DNA of 63,013 nucleotides, filler included, from Collodictyon triciliatum (lineage: Eukaryota), in assembly GCA_043381765.1 (NCBI GenBank). It is 10 parts of 10 records of this genome, joined end to end, with 100 filler letters (N's around TTAATTAATTAA, not from the genome) between each part and the next. Parts side by side here need not be neighbours in the genome. Positions count along the whole stretch, not along the records: positions 40,499 to 46,695 come from JBHJMP010004647.1; positions 46,796 to 52,993 come from JBHJMP010004648.1; positions 53,094 to 59,288 come from JBHJMP010004649.1; 7 more parts are not named here. One strand, given 5' to 3'. Position numbers and translations under genes: made by a program. The notes beneath the pieces were generated by a model. It had not been told where the DNA came from. It saw only the letters and a list, made by a program, of their open reading frames with translations, and did no database searches. Every line of letters starts with the position of its first letter. The first letter of the stretch is position 1. Of this stretch, positions 40,748 to 53,218 are shown piece after piece.

Positions 40748-41035
40748 ATGCAGCTCGCCAGGGACGAGAAGATCGTGCCGCCCAGCCTGACAAAGGGAGG
40801 ATCGCTCCATTCAAGCACCGATCAGCCCGTCACGCCGCGCAGGAGACTCATCGACCCCACGGCAAAGGGCACGGTTCTCCTCCGCTCAGACAGCTTTGTG
40901 CGCAAATGGTGGGAAAACTACATGGCCATCGTGCTCATCTACTCCATCCTCAGCGTCCCATACGAAATGGCCTTTCAGGTTTTCATGTCGTTTAGAAACA
41001 CTCGCATTTTCTCTCTATTTAATTCTATTATTATA

Positions 41036-41100
<65 letters not shown>

Positions 41101-42928
41101 TTCCTACACTGTATCATTAAATGTGTAAGATATAAAATACTATTTCTACGACATATGATAATAAAATTAAAAATGATTAAATGAAAACTATAATTTTACA
41201 GCTGTGCATATGAAAATACGCAGTCGTAATTAAATCTTAAATAAGAAAAATGCAACTCGCTGTAGACTTGACACAAAAAGATAGAGCAGTCATGAGAAAC
41301 AAAATTATTCAATGACGCTTAAATTTTATTTCTTTGTCAATATATTTTAACAATCTTTATTAGACATGTAATCCAACAGCAATTTTTATTAGAACATATT
41401 AAAACCACGAAAGTTTCAGACTCGGAAGATTTTCTATTGAATTTTTCCTACATTATATATAAACGAATACTTATTTTGTGTTTGTTGGAGGATATAACCA
41501 GTCTAAGAGTTGCATACTCAAATATAAAACTACCACTTGGTCAACTAGATTTTTAAGGAAAAAACATTATAAAATACTATTTTATTACCTAGACTAATAT
41601 AGCCGGTATCGTCCTGGGTTGGGAGATACTTGTGGATGTATGTTATCTCATAGACGTGTTGGTCAACTTCAGGACAACTTATGTAGACCAAGTAAATATT
41701 CCATTTAATGTGGAATTTCCATCACCACTTATGTGTTTTTTTTCCCCTGGTGCTAGCAAAACTTTACAACAAATCACTTCTCACTGTGTCACGGCTTTCA
41801 AAAATACAACGTACTAATATATTTTACAGGCCACTGCCTTAAAAATTGCTGATGCGTTTCCAATAAATAGGGAGTTCACATAGAAGATCTTAAGAGAATT
41901 ATCAAAAACTATGTTTCATCCTGGTTCTTTATCGACCTTGTGTCGGCAGTCCCTGCTGAGACTATTATTATATTAATACCTCCACAATCATTCGCTATTG
42001 TTACCGTAATACGCATAACAAAGTATTTTATCAATATCTTCAACGATACATGCATATAAATATTTCGAAAATGTCTTCACATAGGCATCGCTCTAATTTT
42101 TTCTCCTGTAATCGCATGACTCTCACTATTTTCTTATCTCTTTTTCATCCTACTTTAGGCTCGCCCGATTGTCTCGCATTTTTCGAATGGACGGAGTCAT
42201 CCAGAGGTTTTCTGTGTATACCGGACTTAGCATTGGTATTTCATTTCTATGTATCGAGAGACATACCGCAATATCCTTTCCCCTGTTGGTCTTGTAATCA
42301 TATCTTTTAACATCTCTGCTACCTATGCTTACATTTATCCAAAAATTACGAGCACTAAAAATATAATTAGGCGGCTCTGATATTTTGAGGCTGTCCATTC
42401 TTGTCATTACTGTGGCACACGTATCTGCATGTGGATATGCAACCCTGGATCGTTTACAGGTTTGCTGCAACAAATATGTAGCAACATATAATTTTGACCA
42501 CGACAGTTGAATTCCTTTTATTTTATTTTATTCATTTTTTCGTGTTACTTTGAATGAAACTATCTTGGAAGTGGAAAACAATATATTTCCCCATGAATGT
42601 AATGAGATAAATGCGCTTTTCTATGTCAACACACACATACTGTCCAGAATGTCCCTTATCCCTTACCTCATAATTGGCCACCTGGAGACCAAACATGGTG
42701 GGATCGCTATCGCAGCATCACGCACCAGACGGTGGATGTCATGAATCGATTTATATCAGCTTTTCATTTTGCTCTTACCACACTCGCCACAGTCGGATAC
42801 GGGGATATTGTGCCTTTCGTATGATATTTTTTTCCAAATGTACGAAATAAATGCGCGATTCTTTGTTTTATTTTCATATTTACCATTTTTATTTATTTAT
42901 TTATTTATTATTATTATTATTTTGTGAA

Positions 42929-43015
<87 letters not shown>

Positions 43016-44052
43016 AAAATTGCTCACTCATAACTTTTGCAATCATTTCATCTCTGTAGTCTGAAGTTGACCGTGTATATTCCGTTATCAGTATGCTCCT
43101 TGGTGTTTCAGTGTTTTCTTTTGCTATTGGTGCTATGACCTCAATTATTCAATCTATTGATTCCACAGAGGAGGCAAAAGGAAAGAGGATGGAAGAGGTT
43201 TAAATCTTATTGCATTACCAGCTTGTTTATTTTTCTTTAATTTAAGCTGCTCACATTATTCTTTCTTTTTCTTAAGGTTCGACACTGGGTGTCATTCAGA
43301 AGATTCAATTTTCAGCTGAAGCTTCAAATTCGAGAATATTTTAAAAAATCATGGTATATCATTCTATTTAATAATGAAGCATTGTGCTAATAATTCAGAC
43401 AAATTAAAAAAAATTGTGGTTCTTGATATCCACGTATAGGAATAGAAGGCAGGCCCAGATGTCTGAGGCAAAAATATTGTCTGAACTAACCGTAATACTT
43501 TTATGATAAACTATCTCATTCGAATAATAGCTATTGGAAGATTACTTCTCACATTTTACTTTCATTATTGATGCACACGTTTTAAGCGGACTGACTTTAA
43601 ACTCAGTTTGTTTGTATATTTAACATGATGTGAAGAGGAAAACAAAAAAAGCTTATCTAAGCAACAATTTATTTGCATGCATGCAAACAACAACAAAAAC
43701 AGGGGCCGCTCCGTCATGAAATATTAATGATTCTCGTATCTGGAGTGGTGAAAAAAGTGCCATTTTTCACAGATATCGGTGAAAAAGCATTGGCCGATAT
43801 TTTATCACAGATGAAGCCGAAGAGCGTACGGCCCGGCGAAGTCATCATTAGGGAAGGATACGTAAGTCTTTCTTTTCTAAATAAAGAATAAATTATGGAA
43901 GCAACTTTCACGCAAAATACAAAAAATAAAAATAAAAATAGGAAGCAAAAGTAAACAAAAAAATATTACAAATTGGCAATATCAAAGCTTTCGAACTCCA
44001 AAATACCAAATATTATTGCATTATCATTGTTGTTATTACTTTTACATTAACC

Positions 44053-44150
<98 letters not shown>

Positions 44151-45930
44151 AATCGAATGATTTGCTGAGCCCTTCACTTCTCTCAAAAAATCATGACTTG
44201 CTCGATTTCTTTTTATTATTGCCCAGCCCGGTGAAGGAATGTACTTTCTTACACGTGGAAGGGTTCGAATCTATTCCATGTTCAGCGGGGAGATATTTCG
44301 CACATTAGGTGACAACACATACTTTGGTGAGGTTTCTCTCCTAAATGACGATGGCCTGAGGACTGCGTCTGTGCGCTCTCTTTCCTTCTGTGATGTATTT
44401 TTCCTGAGTAAACAATCGTTCTTCAAGGTAGTTTATACGTAAATCCTACAAATCCAGTTTAAAATTCTCTTCAGGGTTGAAATGTCCTCTCCTCCTCCCT
44501 TCCTTTTCTATTCTTTTTTCTCTATCTCTTTCTTTTACTTTTACTTTACTCTTTCTCTTACTTTTTGTTTTTGTTTTTGTTTTTGTTTTTGTTTTTGTTT
44601 TTGTTTTTGTTTTTGTGTTTTTGTGTTTTTGTGTTTTTGTTTTTGTTTTTGTTTTTGTTTTTGTTTTTGTGTTTTTGTGTTTTTGTGTTTTTGTGTTTTT
44701 GTGTTTTTGTGTTTTTGTGTTTTTGTGTTTTTGTGTTTTTGTGTTTTTGTGTTTGTTTTTGTTTTTGTCATCGTTTTTGTCATCGTTTTTGTTTTTCTTC
44801 TTCCTATAAAATTTTCTTTGGAAACGATACCAGATCATAATGGACTACCCAGAGTTGATTATGGCCATTCGAACACTAACAAAGCGTGACGTGAACACTG
44901 ATGGAATGTGTGTTTTTCATGCTTTTCACAATTTTACCTGTGTTATATGTTCAAAAATTTGTGACTGTTTGTAAAATGAACACAATTTCATACTCTGCTC
45001 TTGATATGCTGCAGCGATGAAGGTTCGGGTTTTGGATGTCTCAAAGCTGACATGGTTCGTTTGGGATACAAGGTCTGTTCTTGCTTTAAGCTGTATGACG
45101 GGGTCGTACTTCTGTTAGCCTTTTGGAAATCCTGATGGTTTTCAGCTGATTCGCTTTTTTAGTGTCTTCCCCCCTCCCTCCCTCCTCAGTAATATGGCTT
45201 TATCAATCAGATTAACCCATCAATGAATGATTTGTCACCAGCCTCAAAAAAATCCATGAGGGAAATCGTGGACCACTATAAGGTAGTTTTTTTTTTTTCA
45301 GAATATCTGTTCTCATTAGACTTGGAAAATTGATTAATATGACTTGATATGGATGAAGTATGTCAGGAAAGCTTAATAATTGATAATAATTTACTATTTT
45401 TTTTAAANNNNNNNNNNNNNNNNNNNNNNNNNNNNNNNNNNNNNNNNNNNNNNNNNNNNNNNNNNNNNNNNNNNNNNNNNNNNNNNNNNNNNNNNNNNNN
45501 NNNNNNNNNNNNNNNNNNNNNNNNNNNNNNNNNNNNNNNNNNNNNNNNNNNNNNNNNNNNNNNNNNNNNNNNNNNNNNNNNNNNNNNNNNNNNNNNNNNN
45601 NNNNNNNNNNNNNNNNNNNNNNNNNNNNNNNNNNNNNNNNNNNNNNNNNNNNNNNNNNNNNNNNNNNNNNNNNNNNNNNNNNNNNNNNNNNNNNNNNNNN
45701 NNNNNNNNNNNNNNNNNNNNNNNNNNNNNNNNNNNNNNNNNNNNNNNNNNNNNNNNNNNNNNNNNNNNNNNNNNNNNNNNNNNNNNNNNNNNNNNNNNNN
45801 NNNNNNNNNNNNNNNNNNNNNNNNNNNNNNNNNNNNNNNNNNNNNNNNNNNNNNAGCACTGGCGCCTTCGATGGAGAAGCTGGTTGTCGACGGAACCCAA
45901 TCACACGCCCCAGAGCCCGCCGATGAATAG
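40748..45930 (+). CDS. Voltage-gated K+ channel with a cyclic-nucleotide-binding domain (KCNH/HCN/AKT-like); contains an internal N gap
   Basis: DVLVNFRTTY, WFFIDLVSAVP, S4 RITKLARLSRIFR, filter TVGYGD, KVPFF, MYFLTRG, YFGEVSLL..RTASVR. Confidence 0.92.
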
Positions 45931-47584
45931 AAGAACATATTACCAAATAATAACTATTATGGACGAGTGCATAATATTACACTTAAAATAACTCAAGAGT
46001 GCATCTGGTGGTGGTGAGACTGCAGCACCAAATAAAGTATCACCAGACATGAAGTTTGACAAAAGAAATGAATAAAACCCTTGCGGCTTTCGTCTTGGCC
46101 TCTGCATCTTACGATTTATCATGTGCAGGACCGTACGCCCTCAGCCGCTTTATCCACAATAGGGAAAATTCCTTGAATTGTTGCGACCCGTCTTCGTTTT
46201 GTCAGATCTCTGAATCGCGAGACTTTGGGACGAAGGTTGGAAGGAGTTCAGCTTCATTCTCGCCAGCAAGCAGGACGGCGGCGAGTGACTGGATCATAGA
46301 AAAAAGAAGCAAAGGCATAAAGGCATAAAGGCATAAAGGCATAAAGGCATAAAGGCATAAAGGAGGAGCTGGGGCCTCTGATTGGATAAGTAGTGCATCT
46401 TTGTCGCTGTCGGTCGTTCAATAATCTCCGTTCACTAGTTTGTATTTTTTTGTTTCGGCTTTCGGTGTTTGTCTCTAGGAAACCAAACAAGAAACAACGA
46501 GGTTGTAAAAGGGCGCGGTGCCCCCTTCTTGCGTGCATTTTTTTTTATTTCTCTATTTCCTTTCGAGTAAGATCCGTTAAGTGTTTGACTCTCAAAACAA
46601 AACAAAACAAAACAAAACAAAACAAAACAAAACAAAACAAAACAAAACAAAACAAAACAAAACAAAACAAAACAAAACAAAACAAAACAAAACAANNNNN
46701 NNNNNNNNNNNNNNNNNNNNNNNNNNNNNNNNNNNNNNNTTAATTAATTAANNNNNNNNNNNNNNNNNNNNNNNNNNNNNNNNNNNNNNNNNNNNAGGAG
46801 CCGCCGATCCACCACCCCTCCCCCCTCCTCCAAGTAGTAGATCGAAACAGTTCCCTTTCCCACGGATTTTGTCTTTTGTCCCTTCCATTTGCAATTGTAT
46901 CTGAGTTTTGTCCATGACTTTAGTTTGAACATTTTCTCCGATTGAAGATGAACAATTAATGGTTAATATGGTAGATTGAATAAAACAATGCGATTCTTCA
47001 GCTAGTCCATGAAGTTGTCAGATTGAACCATTTATCAAAACGAGACCTAAATTAAGAATAAAGTTTGATAGATAATCTGCTAAAAATTAGGCTATACACA
47101 CATGTACTTAAAGTGTGCGTATTTGGTTTTTCTATGATTGAATATCAAACATTTGACGAATTTTCTGTGATACAAACTTAAATTTTTTCGTGCTTTTCAC
47201 TTATGAAAAGAATTAGAAGGGAAAATTAGACAAGAATCATACTTTTTTACTGTCAGATTCTTGGTCAATCTGGCCCAAAGATTGCACTATTCTTTGTAAT
47301 GCCCTCATAGATTTAATTATGAGTTTCTTTAATTATAATAAAAATTAGATTCATGGTACTTGAAACCTTGAGATAAATAAATTTCCTTTCGATGCTATGA
47401 ATTGGCTTGGTCAACCTACTGTATGACTTGTTTATCGCCAAAAAAAAATGAGAGCTCCAGAGTCTTTGTAAGATGAAATGGGTGACAGATGGGCCCTTTC
47501 AGAAAGTTCGCGAAGTGCTATGATAAATGGTTTTTTTGAGTTCATCCTGAGAAATAATCAAAATTTAAGAGTTGAAAAATTTGT

Positions 47585-47766
47585 CCTGGTTTTTCTTATC
47601 CAAGCACAAGACCCAGGCTACAGGCCAAAATGCAGGATGCAATTCCTGATTAGCGACTACTTCTCCGCCACTCGGCAACCAAGTAGCGTCCATGCAAACG
47701 ATGGCTAGCGAACCAAAGCCAACATCTCCACCGTCCTGCACAAAATGGAATGGAAGAATAAAAAAA
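47585..47766 (+). mobile_element. 5'-truncated non-LTR retrotransposon 3' end with A-tail and degenerate TSD
   Basis: QAQDPGYRPKCRMQFLISDYF matches the end of the 51281-51868 ORF; flanks gttgaaaaatttgt / gtcgaaaatattgt. Confidence 0.7.
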
Positions 47767-50700
47767 GGTCGAAAATATTGTATTAATCATACAGATTTTT
47801 TTTTGTATCAATGAAACCCCTTTAATATTGTTGAAATTAACTCAGGATGGACTTTTCCAATTTGGCTATTTTTAATTCATTCATCATTCAATATCATTTA
47901 CGCCTTATGAAAAGTAAAGGTAAAAATTAACTAGGATAGCAAAGTATCAGAATCTACCGTTTATTTGGAATCATAAAAATACCTGTAGAGATTTTCCCAA
48001 ACATGTGTCATAACTGAATCTGGTTGATTAAAGTATAATTTTGAATTTCAAGAAGTCAAATTGAACGGACGACGGTCTTCAGACTATAAGAATGGATAAT
48101 ACATTGCTTATATTTCCAAAATTTTTAGTAATACTGTAGTTGCTAATTAAAAAATAAAGGTATAATTCTTCTGAGTCTGCAAAAATATATACAATATTCT
48201 TGCCGGTTCCGCTGATGCCTATCCTGAGGAAGTTATGCTGGTTTGCCGGCTGTTATATGTTATCTGTTAAATACTAGACATATATAAGTCAAGGGTATTG
48301 AATTTGGAGCCGAATAGAATGAACGAATATAAAGGAATCTGATCGGAAAGGAGAGCAGGGTAGTCGCGTGCACTTTCGCCCCAGGGAGAATTTGGCCTCC
48401 GATCAAATTGAAGTCAGAGTCCTTGGTAGTCGCACCTCTTAAAGGCTGCAACTATTCTCGACCATATCGGTTGTATATTGATGAGCCACAAATTCAAATT
48501 CCATACGCTGCTGGCCTGAACCCCTTAACCGACACATGTCACTGCTTTCAACCAAGATGCAACAACTACGGCGTCCTGTAAAAAATTTAAAAACCCCCTT
48601 CATTCACTTGTATCGAATAAAGGAAAATATGTATAAACGAGGTATTTATTTTTTTTTCCACCAATAGGCGAATCCCATGAAAAAGGCCGAGTTGAGAAGA
48701 GAACAAACAGATCAAAAACCAACCTGAAAGCAAATCCAAGATCTAAGAGACGCTCTTAAAGTCTACATTTGAAGGATCTCCATCGAAGTGATCTTACTGT
48801 GGGCAGAGCAACCAGAGATTCGATCGCCCCGAAGCTCCTGGCAAGCATCACAAACTGCATGAGATTGGAATAGAATTCACTTTAAATTCATGGTAACAGC
48901 GAATTGACAAATCAGCTAAAGCTTCGATAAAAAATAAAAAAAAAGGGATATTTCATATAGTGTGGATGCGTGGCCAACGATGCTTTGCGACAGAAAGGCT
49001 CGGAAATCCGGAAGATCAGCTCTCCTTGGCTCGCGAATAGTTATAATGATAAGGGCCCTAAAACCTCCGCAGGAAGGAGGAATAGTTGAATCTAATGTTT
49101 ATTTGGGTATGTAAATATGTTTTTATGTGTTTTGAGTTTTGGTCGGTTCGTACGTAACATAACTTAGGGATTATGCTGGGCAAGACTAGAGCCAATCACA
49201 TAAAGTTTTGCTGAAGGGACTCATCTTTGGCCCGTTCTTGTTTCTTTTATTTTATTATTATATTTATTTGCCAGCTGTTGATAGACTACCCCATTCTTCT
49301 CGATAAAGTCTTCTGACTTTCTGACATAGGTAAAAGACTTGCTTGGGTATAAACCTCCGCTTTTTGTAAAAAAAAAAAAGAAAATAAAGGTATGTTTTCA
49401 TGTTGTATTATTCAGTTTGCTTGATGTTATGTTGATCGGTGGCTTTTTTTTTGTGTTTTGTTAAAAATAATAAGTGTCCAAGCAAAAGGGATTCTATAGA
49501 TCAGTTGTGTTGTGTATGTCTTTGACTTTGGTTCTTGACTGTCTGTGTGCTTTCGTCGGTGGAAATGAGCTTGTGCTGAAGGCGAAGGTGTATTTAATGT
49601 GTGCTTATGATTCGAGTCTGAAATTGTTCTTGCCGATTTGAAAAAGAGTTGGTCGGAGGTTGAAGTACAAAGAGATAAGTAAATTTTGTTGTTTTCTTAT
49701 TACAAACTCTAGTCGCGCAGAAAAATCCAAAGCAAAAAAACATAGGAAAGTGATGGACGGAGCGAAGGGGAAAAAATGGGGCTAGTGTCTTGGATATCTG
49801 AATAAGCGGGTTAGTGACTATCTCCAAAGTAAATATAGCCTGGAATATTTATTGTTTTCTAATACTGCAACCCATACATCTCTTCCATCACATTATCAAC
49901 TCTTGGTTGATACTTTTTTTTATTTGTAACGGTCTTTGAACAGAGGGAAATATTGCAACTGCACATAATAAAATGTGTATCTATGGAAGGTATATCAACA
50001 TTAACATTCACATTCACAAAACACAAAAACAAAAGCACCAGAACATCGCATTGTATTAGTTGAAGAGAAAAGCACATTGTGCGCATCAAATGGCCACATA
50101 TCAACCTTATCCATTCAGATATCTGATGGAAAGGGATGCAGTCCGTGATCTAAAAAACCAGTAAATCAAAGCACTTTGATACATTTCACTGCTGATTGTT
50201 GCTCTTGAAAGCACTGCTGGCACATATCGCTATTGGAAATCCAAAGTCTAGTTTGCTAGCTTGTTACTTCTTCCTTCTTTTCTTTCTTTTTTTCATTAGT
50301 TTATTGATCAAACACATCGCCAATGATGAATACCGTTTCTTTTTTATTCTATGTTTTTTTTGAAAAGGCTGATATTTTATGCTGGGTTAATTGACGCACC
50401 ACCTTTCGAGTATCTTTATTGACCCATTATAATGGCTTACAAAACCCAACACAAAGCAAAGGCTTATGCTATAACCTTACTTTTTTTTAACTTTACAAAA
50501 GGAATACATGATATTATTGGATATTCTGTAAAAATAATAACTTATTAGATCACTGCTAGAAATATCTTTTTTGTAAGTTACTGATCTCACACTGTCGCTA
50601 AGGTCAATGTGGCTCATTGATTTTTTTTCCTTATATATTTTGTCTAAAGAAAGGGTTTTATTATTTTCCTACAGCCCGCCCTAGTTTTTACGTCTTGGTT

Positions 50701-51280
50701 GAAAGCACCAACGCGTTTTGGATTCACATGCAGGTCGGTGTAGTATAGAAACAAAACTCATGACTCATCTAAATATATCTATTGTGGGTCGAGCTTCTTC
50801 ATACAATCCTTTATAGCTGTAACAACCAAAGCCCTGACTTGGATTCAATCCGAGGCCTAGCTTCCGGCAAAGTCCAAATGACGCAGCTGATTTAAATCAG
50901 ACGATGAATGCGTAACTAGTAGACGCAAGATGCGAAAGTCGCTAATCTCATTTAAAAAAAAGGACTTTCAATTTGGATATAATGCTGTATTTGATTTTTT
51001 TCTATTGTTTGATTGAATGCCTTTTGCCCGTGATAAATATATGTATATGAACTATGCTGACGCACTACAACTCAGTTCCTGAGTAAACTCATTCCACCAT
51101 TTGATGCAAAGCTCTGTTTAAGTGCATCGTTCAAAGAATCCATCGCGTTCGATTAACTTACTTTTCCACGAAGCCGAAGTCAAAGCCAATTTACTTTGCT
51201 AATAAACCCATCTTACTGGGCCATTCTTTGCTATTTTTATTTTGTTTATTTTTCTTTGCGTGTGAGATGAAGTTCCTGTC

Positions 51281-51868
51281 TCAAAGGTGCCAGCCTTCTT
51301 TTGCACTAGCGCTACTTGGTGGCCGGGTGGTGTAGAAGTAGTCGGTAATCAGGAATTGCATCCTGCGGTTTGGCCTGTAGCCTGGGTCTTGTGCTTGCAT
51401 GAGAGATACAAGGCGAGGTTTAATATCTTTATCAGCTTCTTTCCACATGTCTCTTCTCACGGGGTCGGAGTAATAGAGAATATGCAGGTGGTGGAGGAAG
51501 CTGTTGAGGAAAGAGATTTGTGTGATGTCATCCAGCCTATTATCGGGAATGGGTGGCTGGTTGTTGAATCTTGCCTTGCGTGAGTATATGGGTGCTATCC
51601 ACATAGTCCGTAGCAAATGGCCTGGCGTCACTGCCCAGAATGTTTTCGCATCTGAACGCAGCTGTTGCAGAGGCCCAAATATCGCCTGGATTGGGCCAAC
51701 AGCCGCAGCCGTGTTGAGTGTCAGCCGAAGAATCTCACCGGCTGTTTCGCGCAGGTTTTGGGCGAAGGGACATTGCACAAATGTGTGTTCAATGGATTTA
51801 TCACCGTTGCTGCTCATATGCATTGTTGCGAGACTTTGCCAGCTTTTGTCGCGCGTGTGCCTATCCAT
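51281..51868 (-). mobile_element. Degenerate LINE (L1/Tx1-like) ORF2 C-terminus, zinc-knuckle region
   Basis: SIEHTFVQCPFA (zf-RVT-like ExxxH..C pattern) followed by W..R..RF; intronless; second copy at 47585. Confidence 0.7.
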
Positions 51869-53218
51869 AGCTCCCTATTGATGAGATGACATAAAGCAGC
51901 CGAAAACATTACCAAAGCCAAGGGGATGCAAACCATACCATAACAAAAAAAGTAATTGGTTCACTCTGTATAATATCGACATATAATATTTTGATTTCTC
52001 TTGACTGCGACACGTGAAAAAAGAGAGAACAAGTATGAGTCGTATGTTATGCCATCTCGTCTAGTGGTGTATATCCAAAACAATATTATGTCTATTGGTG
52101 TATGTCCGGTGATAAGTAGCATTCAGTGGCGTCCATTCAGTCGTGTGCTCCATCAAGACGGATTGAACACAGTTCTGTTATATTCATAAATCTAAAGCTT
52201 CTGGAAACACATACCTTTTTTTAACTTTCTACTTTTTTGTATCATAAATATTTGTGTGCAACGCGACTGGGCAAATAACAATAAAGCAAAAATAAGAATA
52301 TTTGACTCTGCTTTTGCTTTGCAATCTCCAAAAAAACACGTCTGATATGCTTCGCTTCTTCGCTAATCACTTGCATTTCTTTTTTACTCTTGTTTTTTTT
52401 TTCATAGAGCTCATATTTGTTTGACGCTATAATCCGCCATTTGTCTACCAATATATATTAACGCGCGATTTTATTTGGTGTTTTCTACAGTGTTATATCG
52501 AGAAAGTAAATCCGTAGAAAACGTTTTATCTGTGGGCACATAAATTTACACAGGCTAGTTTTGAAAGATTTTATTAAGTTTTTTTCTTGATTAATGCAGA
52601 TGTTGAAGTTTATGATGACGAATAGCTTAATAACTAAATATTGTTTTCAATATGTATAGACATAGTCACATGAAAATTTTTAATAGGAAGCCAACTTATA
52701 TGACTTTTTGGAGAGTGCTTACTGCATGGATGGGTTGGTTTCTTCGTATCGAGGATTTTATAGATGTCTAATCTGATTTACCTTTTTAATACCCATTCGG
52801 ACTTGAACACTGTATATAAGCAACATGTTACAACCAACATATCGATATACTTTTTCATGAAAAAATTAATCAAGTACAATCAAATGATATTTATTTATTC
52901 TAGATATATAGAATAAATAAATATCAGAATTCTGGTCGTTTAATTAATTTCGCGTTTATATACCCGATCTAACTTCCTTATATGGATAATTGTNNNNNNN
53001 NNNNNNNNNNNNNNNNNNNNNNNNNNNNNNNNNNNNNTTAATTAATTAANNNNNNNNNNNNNNNNNNNNNNNNNNNNNNNNNNNNNNNNNNNNTTAAAAT
53101 TAAAAACAAAAAAAAAAAACCAAAAAAGATTTAAATTACATGGGATTAACTATTCACATAATTTAGTAATTCAGGTGCGCTGTTTCTTCTTCTTTTTTTT
53201 TTTTTTTAATACTCATAG

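Noticed and set aside
47585-51420. Giant palindrome defined by the two oppositely oriented LINE copies
   Set aside because: The short copy has its own A-tail and TSD, so independent insertion explains it.
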